Of a stretch of DNA of 64,000 nt, positions 23,408 through 34,477 are shown piece after piece. Under the pieces are notes generated by a model. It saw nothing but the letters and a program-made list of their open reading frames with translations. It had not been told where the DNA came from and searched no databases. Source of the stretch: Epithemia pelagica (lineage: Eukaryota; Protista; Bacillariophyta); assembly GCA_946965045.2 (NCBI GenBank), contig OX337232.1, positions 2,108,001 through 2,172,000 on the forward strand. Direction: 5' to 3'. The stretch's first letter is position 1; every line of letters begins with the position of its first letter. The position numbers and the translations under genes were made by a program.

Positions 23408-23791
23408 ATTTAAAATGCTGCCTTGTCTGCTAGGATAGGGCGCGTGAGGTCATAGCCGACATAGTTTCGCGTGTTCCAGAAGTGCAGTGAATCGCTGGAA
23501 ATACCCGACTGGTAGGCTCCAAGACAACAAAGTCGACGAGAAGGAGTCCGAAGAAACGACCCCTGAGAATTGAGCGATTGTGATATGTGTACTGAAATAC
23601 AATATGAGTGCCAATCGAGAGATATAAGGGCTTCTGCTTTTATCGTATACCAATATGCTATTATCAATACCACATGCATCCTGGTCAGCAGAACGAACGA
23701 AGAAAAACAAAATTCATAATATATGCTTTCCTAGTCAATTTATAATTCTTTGTTGCTGTATGATGATAATATGAATTTAACTCTGCCGTTG

Positions 23792-24406
23792 TAAGGGCTG
23801 GGTAAGCCGATCCATGTTCGGCTAAGTAGGTTCAGTACAAAAGCTACGTAGCATAAAATCCCATAGTACACGTCATACTTGAAATGGTGGGAAGTCCGAA
23901 AAAATGCAAAAACACTCCACGATGACGACGAGATCCGTTGATGCCGCATGCATTCACTCATACATCGCATCAACATCCGACTACTGTGAGTTGTTTGAGT
24001 TTGCTAGTATTACTGTGTTCTACAGCTACAGAAGATTTGTCGCGTTGGATCAAAAGTTATACTCATTTTTCTGTGGTGATGTAATCCAAAAACCTTCCTA
24101 ACTCACTCATTTTTCAATGCTGACTCGACCGAATTAAAAGCATAGTCACTCTAGTAGTAAATAATCAAATCGTCAAAGCGGTCGAGTCAAGCTCTATTAT
24201 CCATGAAGTTATTGCCATGGGGGTGATTTCTTCGACCATTGTCGAGTGATGGTTTCCGGATTGCATTGTTTCTCGTGGCAGCAAGTTTTCGATTTGCGAC
24301 TCGGTGTGACCATCCGCCCCACTTGTTACAGTGATGAAATTAGTACTACGTAGCTTAATGTACTGAGCCTACTTAGCCGAACATGGATCGGCTTACCCAG
24401 CCCTTA
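23792..24406. mobile_element. ~615-bp MITE-like element with ~60-bp TIRs and a probable TA target duplication
   Basis: 23792..23851 (TAAGGGCTGGGTAAGCCGATCCATGTTCGGCTAAGTAGG...) is the near-perfect reverse complement of 24346..24406. No convincing internal ORF. Confidence 0.85.
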
Positions 24407-24820
24407 GCGATTCATGCCCGTTATCGAACACAGCAATTCTCTCTAACGTCTTGCTACCTGTTCCTACGAGCTTTCAAACAAAAAGTCTTGTTTCAGTCAT
24501 TCCAGAACGGTTGGGCGTCTTACATTACTACTAGAGATTCGTCAAGGGTAAGTCCCCACTCACATTTTACGCGGTTGGAGGTGCACCTCCAAATCATACC
24601 ATGACTGACCATTAAAATACTCATTGCTATATCATTGCCATATATATTTAACCGTTTCATCAACCGCCATGTTTGCTCAATTGTACTTTTTACTCTAGTG
24701 TCCGTCCGTTTTCGGAACAGCTGGTCTTTCTGGAAATTCCCACCCCAGACCCCAAGCCTTCCGGCCCACCCGTCCCGTTCATACTGAACTCAGACGAATT
24801 CCAACAAACGACAGTTGACA

Positions 24821-25492
24821 ATGATGATGATGACGACTTCCAAACGTTGCATTGCGGTCCTTCTTTTATTGGTTTGGTCGACCTTGTCATCCTTTGGTTA
24901 TGCCGGGACGACAGCCGATGGTCTCGCCTTTCTTGCCAAGAAGAAGGAGGAACCAGGCGTGGTGGAAACTGCGTCCGGATTGTTGTACAAGGAAATTCGT
25001 CCTGGAACAGGCAAGAGTCCCACGATCAGTGATCCGTGTTCATGTCATTACGTAAGTGTGACAGTTGATCAGCCCTTTTTGTTTTTGTTTCTTGACGTCG
25101 GTTGTCTGTAGATAGTAACGTGACCACGACTCGTGCCATTTCACTTTCCGATGAAAAGGCATCTTTTCACATTCTAGACTGTCATTCACGAAAGCAACGA
25201 CTCTCACTGTGTTTCATGTCCCTCTGAATGAACAATTCTTTAGTCTGGTACCTTGATTGATGGAACAGAATTCGATTCCTCCTACAAGCGTGGGCAACCC
25301 TTGACTTTTGCTCCCAATCAGGTGATTAAAGGATGGACGGAAGCCATGCAATTGATGAAGGAAGGAGCAAAATGGGAATTGTACATCAAATCAGAATTGG
25401 CATACGGTGATCGAGGAGCCGGAGGTATGATTCCTGGTGGAGCGGTGTTGATTTTTGAATTGGAACTCTTGGAAGTCAACGCAGCGCAATAA
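24821..25492 (+). CDS. Secretory (signal-peptide) FKBP-type peptidyl-prolyl isomerase, Mip/FkpA-like; 2 exons (24821..25051, 25244..25492)
   Basis: [19 protein letters not shown]|[31 protein letters not shown] and ELAYG motifs. Intron 25052..25243 is gtaagt...tttag. Confidence 0.93.
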
Positions 25493-25896
25493 AAAAAGAT
25501 CGCAATGTCGATGGATACCAGAGCTTCGTACCAACAAGAAGGGACATTGTATACAAAGCATCAATGATAAGTAACAGCAAAGCTCTGAAAATGTGTTTAA
25601 AATAACAACAACGGACTCCGTGAGGTCATCCTGGGCAGAATAACGCCGTTCATTCCGTATCATTGGAGCAAGGGCTCAAAACAGGAGAAGCGTTTTCCTC
25701 CGCGGTGTGAGCAAAGGAGAACCAAATGTCGTAACTAGCAACGACCCGAACATGTCTTATTGTCGTTCCGGTGTGATCGTTGTATGAAAACGCACCGACG
25801 GCCTCAATAGTGCTGACGAAACGGCATGAGAGTTTGTGTAATCCAACAAGGATACTTTTCATGGGGAGGATAAGCGTGGTTCACAATTCACAATCG

Positions 25897-27075
25897 TTAG
25901 GGTTGTACTTGTTCCTGCTCCTGTCCGGATGCCCGCCGTCTCCGCCGCTTGGTTCCTTCTCCAGATGTTGTTGATTTGGCCTTTTTGCAACTCAGTGGAT
26001 TGGGACCCTTGGCCTTGCGTTTTTTGTTGTTGCCACCCGCCAATATTTTGTAAACACCACCACCTTGTTGTCGTTGCCATTGCTGCAATTCCTTTTGATC
26101 TTGTTCTTTTTGTTTCGTCTTTTCCTGTTCTTCCTGTTTGGCTGTCGCATGCTGAATCAAGTCCTGTTCCTGACGTTCTTGATTGCTGCTCGTTGACGTT
26201 GTTGTCTTGTTTGTGGTTGGATGGTTCCATTTCTCGTGTTCCAATTCTTGTGATTTCCATTGAATCGTCTTACTAGGTTGTTCCAACAACAAGACGGAAC
26301 CATGAGCTAATCGTATCAAGGGAATAGGAAACTGACGCAAAAGATGTAGCAAGGTCTCGTCTTGAGTGGCAACAAAATAGACCGTTTTTCGTCGTTGTTG
26401 TGGTTGGCTGGACGACAAGGACTGGGACGTTTCTTTAGTTGCCTTGTCGTTCTTGTCATCGCCATCATCTTTTGTTGCATTAGAGGATGAGTCTTTGACC
26501 AGGACCGCATCAGTCACCAACCGCACCATATCTTGTTGTGCTACGGTCCAATTTGCGAGTACAGCAGCATCGTGATCCTCCTCCTCCTCCTCTTCGTCCT
26601 GGTTTTGTCGGCGGCGTCGTCGTTTCTTCTTTTTGGTCTGGACTGTTGATTGTTGTTGATGAGACATTTTGATTTGTACCCGCTTCACATCCGGATGCGT
26701 ATGAGATGGAATATGACTGAGGATGGAACAATTTTCTTGTGCCCATTCATGAGCTTGTTCAAAGACATTCAGAGCATCCTTTGTGGATTGGTTCTTGTTG
26801 TTGCTCGTCTTGGTTTTTTGTCGTTGATGTTCAGCCAAGGTATGCAATTCGTCCAAGGAGGATTGAGTCATGGCAAAGTGAATCGAAGTATGGGAGGATC
26901 CATGCTGCAGCAATCGTTCCATACGTTCCTGCACGACCGTCAATAATTTGGTTTGAAGCAAGGCCACGACAAAGGTTCCATCCACTAAAATGTGATACAT
27001 GTGACTTCCAAGACCAATGGTACGTTGAAAGAATTGTAAGGTCCGACGAGCCTGTTTGGCACGTCCATGACGCAT
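25897..27075 (-). CDS. UTP23: rRNA-processing protein UTP23 (PIN-like)
   Basis: MRHGRAKQARRTLQFF, ILVDGTF, YFVATQD and C-terminal KGPNPLSCKK motifs. Confidence 0.9.
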   Translation of the reverse strand: MRHGRAKQARRTLQFFQRTIGLGSHMYHILVDGTFVVALLQTKLLTVVQERMERLLQHGSSHTSIHFAMTQSSLDELHTLAEHQRQKTKTSNNKNQSTKDALNVFEQAHEWAQENCSILSHIPSHTHPDVKRVQIKMSHQQQSTVQTKKKKRRRRRQNQDEEEEEEDHDAAVLANWTVAQQDMVRLVTDAVLVKDSSSNATKDDGDDKNDKATKETSQSLSSSQPQQRRKTVYFVATQDETLLHLLRQFPIPLIRLAHGSVLLLEQPSKTIQWKSQELEHEKWNHPTTNKTTTSTSSNQERQEQDLIQHATAKQEEQEKTKQKEQDQKELQQWQRQQGGGVYKILAGGNNKKRKAKGPNPLSCKKAKSTTSGEGTKRRRRRASGQEQEQVQP

Positions 27076-27391
27076 ATTGACTTCTCTGTCTCTACAACAA
27101 TACGAACAGGCTGATTGTCATTCAATACATTGTATTCATTCAACCTTATGGATGGAGATAGGAGATAGAGACTGTTGAGAATGGTTGGTGATCGAAGCAT
27201 GCGATCTTTAAGCTATCTAAACGCGACCCATAAGCGGTGGTCTCATGTCATTTTTTTAGATCCGGTTGTTGCCGCTCGATGACGACATCGAAGCAAACGG
27301 ATAAGGAATCTCCCTCTCTTGCAATCAACATACCAATCGATATTTCGCAGCTCTCCTACTCCTACCTCATTCTCAGACCATTGGAAGGATC

Positions 27392-28957
27392 ATGAGCAAG
27401 ACACGATCGTTTACGGCATCGGCACCCGGAAAGTTATTGTTGGCGGGTGGATACTTGGTATTGGAATCTCCAAATCCAGGCATTGTCCTTGGTGTGGACA
27501 AACGATTTTATTGCACCGCACAAGTCCACTCTCAGGATGAAGACGACGGCAGTTGGACGACAATTCTACCCGTGGTTGTTCGCAGTCCTCAATTGGATCA
27601 AGAATGGAAGTACGAATGGGATCGCCACAACTGGACCCTACGGCCTTTATCCTCCAATCCCTCCAGCAATGGCTTTGTGGAAAAAACATTGAGAGTATGC
27701 TTCCTGGCTCTGACGACGCCAACAACAACAACGACGGATAATCTCACGAAGCGTCTGACACAGGTTGTTTTGACCTTGAAAGCGGACAATGATTTTTATA
27801 GCTTGGTTCCGCATTTGCAAGAACAAGGGTTACCCTTGACCTTGGAGGGTGCTCAACAATTGCCACCCTTTCTGTCGGCACCCAAATCCACAGATGGTTC
27901 CATTCTGAAAACGGGTCTCGGATCCTCTGCCTGTCTTGTCACTAGTTTGGTGGCTGCCCTAGTGACCTCATTTTCTACATCAATAACAACCACCACCACG
28001 ACCAGTAACCCATTGGACAATGCAACAACCAGTTTGATTTTTCGATTGGCCCAAATTTGTCATTGTCATGCCCAAGGCAAGGTGGGAAGTGGCTTTGATG
28101 TTGCGGCTGCGTGTTATGGATCGCATGTTTACCAACGAATCCCCAAGGACCGATTGGGACCCATTTTGTCACTATTGGAAGAACCACAAGAAGAAAAACG
28201 TACAAGCCAGGTTCGTGACACCTTGCAACAGCAATTGGATATCGCCTCTACGGTATGGACGGGAGGAGTTCAAGCACCCTTGTACATTCCACCATATTTG
28301 CAAGTCCTCTTGGCGGATGTTTCCGGTGGTTCTGAAAGTCCCAGCATGGCACGGACTATCCTACAATGGAAAACCCAACAACAACAACAGCTTCCACAGC
28401 AAGGACGAATTCCTCATTGGCATGATCTAGCGGACTGCAATCTTCGAATTGGTGAATTGTGGCAAGAATTGACAGCCTTGTCGGAACCACCCAGCACCGA
28501 ACAAATTCATCAACTGGCACACACCCATGCAAGTGATTGGGCGACCATGACCGATGAGGACAACTCATGTCATCCTTGCGTCAAGCTCTTGTCGGAATTG
28601 TCCACAGCCTTGGCTCAAACACGACACTCGTTGCAACAAATGGGAACGGCAGCCGGTGTTCCCATTGAACCACCTCCACAAACCGAATTGGCGAATTCCA
28701 CCATGGCCCTTCCTGGTGTCGTCGCGGCCTTGGTCCCCGGAGCGGGGGGATACGATGCCATGGCTTGTGTCTACATCCATCATGACAGTGTCCGGACCAG
28801 CATTGATACCCTCTGGTCCCAGTGGGCGTCCACGAAGGAACAAGAAGGAGGGGACGAATCAACCAACAGCCGGTCCATGATTTGTCCCTTGACGGTACAG
28901 GCCATTAGCTTTGGACAAGGCTTGGAAATTATCACACATGGCGATAATGAGACCTAA
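27392..28957 (+). CDS. ERG8: Phosphomevalonate kinase (ERG8-type GHMP kinase)
   Basis: SAPGKLLLAGGYLVL, KTGLGSSA, AQGKVGSGFDVAAACYGS and VPGAGGYDA motifs. Confidence 0.95.
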   Translation: MSKTRSFTASAPGKLLLAGGYLVLESPNPGIVLGVDKRFYCTAQVHSQDEDDGSWTTILPVVVRSPQLDQEWKYEWDRHNWTLRPLSSNPSSNGFVEKTLRVCFLALTTPTTTTTDNLTKRLTQVVLTLKADNDFYSLVPHLQEQGLPLTLEGAQQLPPFLSAPKSTDGSILKTGLGSSACLVTSLVAALVTSFSTSITTTTTTSNPLDNATTSLIFRLAQICHCHAQGKVGSGFDVAAACYGSHVYQRIPKDRLGPILSLLEEPQEEKRTSQVRDTLQQQLDIASTVWTGGVQAPLYIPPYLQVLLADVSGGSESPSMARTILQWKTQQQQQLPQQGRIPHWHDLADCNLRIGELWQELTALSEPPSTEQIHQLAHTHASDWATMTDEDNSCHPCVKLLSELSTALAQTRHSLQQMGTAAGVPIEPPPQTELANSTMALPGVVAALVPGAGGYDAMACVYIHHDSVRTSIDTLWSQWASTKEQEGGDESTNSRSMICPLTVQAISFGQGLEIITHGDNET

Positions 28958-29302
28958 ACAATTTCGATCCTTTTCTAGTTACTGTCATGTTGTTCTAGCT
29001 GTACACAGTGCATGTTATGATCAACAGCAACAGGTTCATCTTCTGAATCGGAAACAACTCGCCGTCCACAAAGAGTTAACATAGAGCGGAAGTCCAAGGA
29101 GCCAACGCGAAGCAGAAAATTGCGTTGTTCTGGTGTGAAGTGTGAACAACCTTGAATCCGAACCTATACGGATATCCGTTGTTCGCGATGCACGTGCAAA
29201 CGCGAACTCGGTATGTTAATGCAAAATCCGAACTAGAGTTAAATCTATGTAGATCTTATTCCAACAAGTCCATAATGTATATGAAAGGAAAATGGAGAGC
29301 GG

Positions 29303-30382
29303 TTAAAGGTCAACCAGAACATCGCCATGTAGTTGACGATGGTTCCGCCTCGTCCTTAAGGAAACTGTTTCCCCTCGGGCACCAACCATGATAAGAGCTA
29401 CCACACGGTCAGTGCTTTCCAGATCTAATAACTCGCGGAACGCAGGTGTTTGAACGACTGGTCCAGTGACCCATTTGGTGGAGATGTGCTCGCTATGTAA
29501 TGACAACAAAACGTTCTGCACTGCCGCACAACTGGCAGCATAGTCTTCCAAAGCTCGCTCCGTCAGCGGTGGTTGGTACGGTAGCGGATCATATTCATGA
29601 CAATTCCTCACTGGCTCACTGTTGTACGTCTCTTCGGAAAGAACTGTAACCAGGAATGCTGGTATTTGTCCCCATTTTTCACGTTTTCTTTGCGCTCGTT
29701 GTTGGGCTGTTACCTTTTCAGTATCAGACGGCTCGCCTTCGCCTACCGGATGCAATCGTTTTCGCATATCAACGTGATAAGCGATATCAGCAAGACGCTT
29801 CGTAGCTTCTGATACTGCAATCATTCGCTTGAAAGTGAACGGCTCCGTTCTCTTGTGATTTGGAGCCTGCTGCCCACAGCGAACAGCTCTATCGAGAGCA
29901 TCAATCCAGAAATCTTGTTCGTGTTCATAAAGCGGTGGTAATGTTTTCAGTGGAATTAACCTGCCACTTGTCCGTCTTGTTTGAATCATGTTCTGAAAGG
30001 CCTCCGAAAGACCATCTCCCGATTGCTGAGATTCATCGGTGCTACTATCGTTCGTTGTCACATCACCATCCGCAATACTAACTGAGGACAATAACCTTGG
30101 TTGTGTAAGCTCCGCATGGCCGCGTTTAGAAGAGCGAATGATCTCAGAGTCCGTATGGCGACGCCTGACGTTGGAAGTGAAAGACTGCCTCGAGTCGATG
30201 GAACTCAGATTGGAGCTCGAGAACCGGCATGGAGGAATTGTACCGGTTTGGATAGCGATATTTTGTGCTTCGTTCTCATCCGAAAAAATACCGAGCAACG
30301 CAAGAGGAGGCCTCGATTGTGTCCTCGCTTGAGATACAAATTGTTGCATCAGATGAGAGCGGAAGGCATTGCTTGTATTCAT
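29303..30382 (-). CDS. Nitroreductase-family flavoprotein with an N-terminal extension
   Basis: IQTRRTS, APNHKRTEPFTF, EDYAASCAAVQNVLLSLH and TKWVTG motifs. Confidence 0.88.
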   Translation of the reverse strand: MNTSNAFRSHLMQQFVSQARTQSRPPLALLGIFSDENEAQNIAIQTGTIPPCRFSSSNLSSIDSRQSFTSNVRRRHTDSEIIRSSKRGHAELTQPRLLSSVSIADGDVTTNDSSTDESQQSGDGLSEAFQNMIQTRRTSGRLIPLKTLPPLYEHEQDFWIDALDRAVRCGQQAPNHKRTEPFTFKRMIAVSEATKRLADIAYHVDMRKRLHPVGEGEPSDTEKVTAQQRAQRKREKWGQIPAFLVTVLSEETYNSEPVRNCHEYDPLPYQPPLTERALEDYAASCAAVQNVLLSLHSEHISTKWVTGPVVQTPAFRELLDLESTDRVVALIMVGARGETVSLRTRRNHRQLHGDVLVDL

Positions 30383-30819
30383 CTTAAGAACTACGATTAA
30401 TCCAATAAAGTCCTCAACATAGGAATACGCTGTTGTTCACGTAACTCTTGGCATTGGGAAAACAGAAAACAGGAAGCAGCAAGAACTACATCAATCAAGT
30501 AAATTCTCTCGCTAGGTTGTAGCTGATCAGAAGACAGACATCTCTTGTCGTCACCCGTCAGTTGTTGTCTTTTGAGCGCCACTACCCTGCCGTCCGTACA
30601 TTGTCCGTATGACAGTAGAAGTGAGTAGCCACTCCTAAGGTTATTAGCTATTGCGTCTGGTGCCTTGTGCTCGTAGGATAGATGCAGCATTCGCCCGTTA
30701 ACTTCTTGTAACATAATACTCCTATAAGCAACAATAGAAACCGAGACTGTGCAATTTTGGAGGAAGGGTGACTGAGACGTTCTACCTAGTTTAAACCCGT
30801 ATTTCTAGGGCAAGGACGA

Positions 30820-32735
30820 CTAGGCCGATGGTTGGTCGGTAGCAAGTTGGGCTGCTTGTTCCGGGGTAATCAATGACTGCTGTTGTTGGTTCTGCCAGTC
30901 TTCTTTAATGGCCAAACTTCGTTTGTGATGTTCCACTGTTTCAAAAAAGGTGGCTTGATCCAACACGGCGCCCTCCGTCCCATAGGCGGCTGCTTGCCAG
31001 GCAATGGCCAATTTCGCAATGGCACGTCCGGAAAAGCCGTCCGTCATTTGAACAACCTTTTCAATTTCTTCTTGTCCAATATCTTGGGTCGTTACCTTGC
31101 GCGTCCAGGCATGAGGAGGCTGTAACAAGTATAGATCCAAATAAAGCGCGATTAATTTCCGCCGTTCGTCGGTTTGTGGCAAACCAAACTCAACCATTTC
31201 ATCGACTCGATCCAAAATGGCCGGATCAAACTGAGACGGTTGATTACTGGCATACACCATCATGAATTGGTCACTTTCGGTACCAGTCCGGAATAAAAAG
31301 GCATTGAGGGCATTGCGTTGATCTTCCGACATGGCAGCCGTACTACCATTGCTTCGTGATTGCAAAAAGGCGTCGGCTTCATCCACAAAGAGTAACAATC
31401 CCCGTCGACTGGTTTTGGCCCAATCAAACAGTTTGTGCAATTCCGTCACCGCATCCCGCCCCAAGGGTGCAACGTCTCCACCGGTCAAAATGGCATATTC
31501 CAACCCCGAATGTCGGGCCAAACCACGAGCAAACATGGTTTTTCCTGTTCCTGGTGGTCCATGCAATAACAAATGGCGAAAGGGTGCTCGATTTCGTTTG
31601 GTATTGGCGGTCGACACGGCAATTTGACGCAATTGGCGTTCTACCTTATCGTCCAATACAATGCCCTTCAAGGCATCGACGCTCCCCGCTCCGCCCCCCA
31701 CGCCCATCCATTGTCGCAGTGAGGTAACGGGGTCACGGATAAAATTGGACATGGTAAATCGCGAGGTTTCTCGAATCAAACTAGGTTTTCCTAGCCGTTC
31801 TTCAATGAATCGTCCAGCAATTCCAATACTGGTTCGTGCCGTATAAATCCCAACGGCAATGCCCGTTACCGTCAAGGCCGTATTGCGCAACTTTTCGGTA
31901 TCGCCCAGATACTGCGACAAGCCATCACCAACCAACTTTCCACCGTCGGCAATGGCCTTTAGGACTGTGTCGCGTCGTTCGGCCGCCTCCAATCGGACCT
32001 TTTCCAGTATCAAATCGTGATTCATGCGTTCTTGCATGGTCCGACCCTCGGCTTCTGCCTTAGCCTTGGCCAATTCTGTTTTGGTCCGTAATTCGGCTTC
32101 GTGTTCGGCCGTCCTTCGACGCATTTCTTCTTGTCGAGCAACCATTTCTTCTTGTTTCTTCAATTGTTCCCTGAAACAAAATTACAATGGAAGAAAAAGT
32201 TGAGTTATATCAAAACAATACCACAAATCGTTGGAAAAGCAAGAACGTTGTGAGAATCACCATGATCATGTTTAGAAAGTGCTTTCGTATTTTCCTATAC
32301 TCACTCTTGCATGTACTTTTGAGCATTCAACATGTCGACTTGTCGTTTCCGTTCGAGTTGATCTTGATACTCGGCCCGTCGTTGTTCGTGTTGGGTTTGG
32401 GCATCCAAAGTTTTTCGGGCCTCTTCGCCTTCTCGTTCAATGTTTTGACTGCGCATTTGTTGGGCATAGGCATCCATTTCGGCCCGTTTGGCGGCGGCCT
32501 CATGTTGTTTGGTCGCCTCTTGTGTTTGAATCAAGTCAATCGCTTGTCGTGCATTCCTCGAGGCATCCAATTCACGGGCCGCCTTGGCCGCTCGTTCCAA
32601 GCCTTCTGGATCAAAGCCAGTCACACCCGTCTTGTTGCCGCCTTTACTGTCCTTGGAAGGAGCATTTTCCGGTTGCATGGCTTGAGACAAGGTCTCGGGC
32701 GTATTGTTTTTCCGACGATTGCTTCCGCCAAACAT
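30820..32735 (-). CDS. ATAD3: Mitochondrial ATPase family AAA domain-containing protein 3; 2 exons (32735..32305, 32170..30820)
   Basis: GFDPEGLERAAKAARELD, RLGKPSLIRETSR, GPPGTGKT and LLLFVDEADAFL motifs. Intron 32171..32304 (gtgagt...ttcag). Confidence 0.95.
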
Positions 32736-33196
32736 TATTGGGATAGTGTAGCTTCAAGAAACGAAATAGAGCTTGGTCGATGCAGAGTGGCTTGACTCGA
32801 AGTGAATACAAACACAAGATGATCCTGAATGCTTGTCTATGCGTCGCACCCAAAGAAGCAGATACGGAAAGCAGTATGTGGCACTGTGGTCGTACACTAG
32901 GATCTGACGAAGAAGATTAATGAAGGATGATGATGAGAAAACAGATGAACGACGAAACCCACATGGACGAAAAAATCTTGCCACCAACACAAGATGGGGC
33001 GACGATCTGGTTATGAGTCATTTTAGTCGCATCTAAGAAAATGAGGTTATGAGTCCTTCCAGTCGCACATGTCCAGAACAAAGACACGCACACACGCACG
33101 AAGATGTGCCTCATCATTCATCCATTCGATTGTTGCAAAGAACAATACCCACACAAGGAAAGAATCGATTGTCTAGAGAGATCTTGTAAACACACC

Positions 33197-34477
33197 ATGT
33201 CGGAAGGTAGCAGCAAACCGAAATTGATCTTGGCCTATTCTGGTGGACTGGATACTTCAGTGATTTTGAAGTGGTTGAGTGAAAAGGGATTTGAAGTGAT
33301 TGCTTTTTGTGCCAATGTGGGTCAACACGCCGAAGATTTTTCGGCGGTCAAGGCCAAGGCCGTCTCTTGCGGGGCGTCCAAATGCGTCGTGTCGGATCTG
33401 CGCAAGGAATTTGTGGATGAATACGTCTTTGAAGCCCTGAAATGCAATGCCATTTACGAAGGCCGATACTTGTTGGGAACCTCCATTGCCCGGCCCTGTA
33501 TTTCCAAGGAAATGATGCGCATTGCGGAAGAAGAGGGGGCTACCTACATTGCTCATGGAGCAACGGGAAAGGGCAATGACCAAGTGCGGTTTGAAATGTG
33601 TGCCCAAGCACTGAGTCCTGTCATTCAATGCATTGCACCTTGGCGTGACGCCGAATTTATTGAATCCTTCAAGGGACGGTCCGATTTGTTGGAGTATTGT
33701 ACCAAACATAGTATTCCTGTGGATGCCAAACCCAAGGCCAATTATTCGATTGATGAAAACTTGTTCCATACCTCGTACGAATCAGGCATGTTGGAAGATG
33801 CCATGTGCAGCCCGGAAGATTCCATGTTCAAAATGACCGTGTCTCCCCAAGCCGCGCCCGATACTCCCGAAAAGGTTCGCATCGAATTTGTCAAGGGTGT
33901 ACCAACCAAGATTACCAATCTTTCTGAGGAGAATGCCACGCCCATTACGGATTCGTTGGAATTGTTCTTATATTGCAACAAGATTGCTGGTAAACATGGG
34001 GTAGGCAGGATTGACATTGTGGAAAATCGATTTGTCGGTATCAAATCTCGTGGTGTCTACGAAACACCCGGTGGAACCTTGTTGCGAGATGCCCATTTGG
34101 ATTTGGAGGGAATTTGTATGGATCGGGAAGTGAAGCGAATTACAGAGTACTTGGCCTCTGAATTTGCCCGCTTGTGCTACAATGGCTTTTGGTTTGCCCC
34201 GGAAATGGACCTCATTCGACATGCCATTGAATATTCGCAACGAGATGTCACGGGAACGGTGGACATTCAATTGTACAAGGGCAATGTTACCATTCTGGGT
34301 CGATCCTCGCCCAAGGCCTTGTACAATGCTGACCTTGCCAGTATGGACCAAGAAGGAGGGGGTGAGGCCTTTGATTACAATCCAGCCGACTCCAACGGAT
34401 TCATTCGCATCAATGCCGTCCGACTCAAAACCTATGCCGCTCTTCGAGCCAAGGATGCGGAGGCCGAAAAAGAGTAA
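33197..34477 (+). CDS. ASS1: Argininosuccinate synthase
   Basis: LAYSGGLDTS, YLLGTSIARP, HGATGKGNDQVRFE, IDENL and GIKSRGVYETPGG motifs. Confidence 0.98.
   Translation: MSEGSSKPKLILAYSGGLDTSVILKWLSEKGFEVIAFCANVGQHAEDFSAVKAKAVSCGASKCVVSDLRKEFVDEYVFEALKCNAIYEGRYLLGTSIARPCISKEMMRIAEEEGATYIAHGATGKGNDQVRFEMCAQALSPVIQCIAPWRDAEFIESFKGRSDLLEYCTKHSIPVDAKPKANYSIDENLFHTSYESGMLEDAMCSPEDSMFKMTVSPQAAPDTPEKVRIEFVKGVPTKITNLSEENATPITDSLELFLYCNKIAGKHGVGRIDIVENRFVGIKSRGVYETPGGTLLRDAHLDLEGICMDREVKRITEYLASEFARLCYNGFWFAPEMDLIRHAIEYSQRDVTGTVDIQLYKGNVTILGRSSPKALYNADLASMDQEGGGEAFDYNPADSNGFIRINAVRLKTYAALRAKDAEAEKE

Larger units (their letters stand above)
21348..23486. repeat. Large inverted repeat: left arm 21348..21735; right arm 22332..22662 plus 23408..23486 (split by a TIR insertion); ~600-bp spacer
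   Basis: For example, GGTCTATTTAACAGTA (21720..21735) vs TACTGTTAAATAGACC (22332..). The arms differ by only a few substitutions and small indels. 23411..23479 is the reverse complement of the last codons of the orphan gene. Confidence 0.95.
17270..24406. mobile_element. Nested transposon island (Helitron-like helicase, tandem repeat, orphan gene, foldback repeat, two TIR elements); boundaries approximate
   Basis: All long repeats in the window concentrate here, and housekeeping genes are absent between the fusion gene (17088) and FKBP (24821). Confidence 0.7.

Noticed and set aside
23410-23679. Minus-strand ORF sharing the C-terminus WNTRNYVGYDLTRPILADKAAF
   Set aside because: Similarity to the orphan gene stops at ~23486, so it is the IR arm rather than a second full gene.
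30397-30714. 105-aa ATG ORF ending 15 bp before the nitroreductase start
   Set aside because: No motifs and no clear splice link; could be a uORF or noise, and is not supportable.
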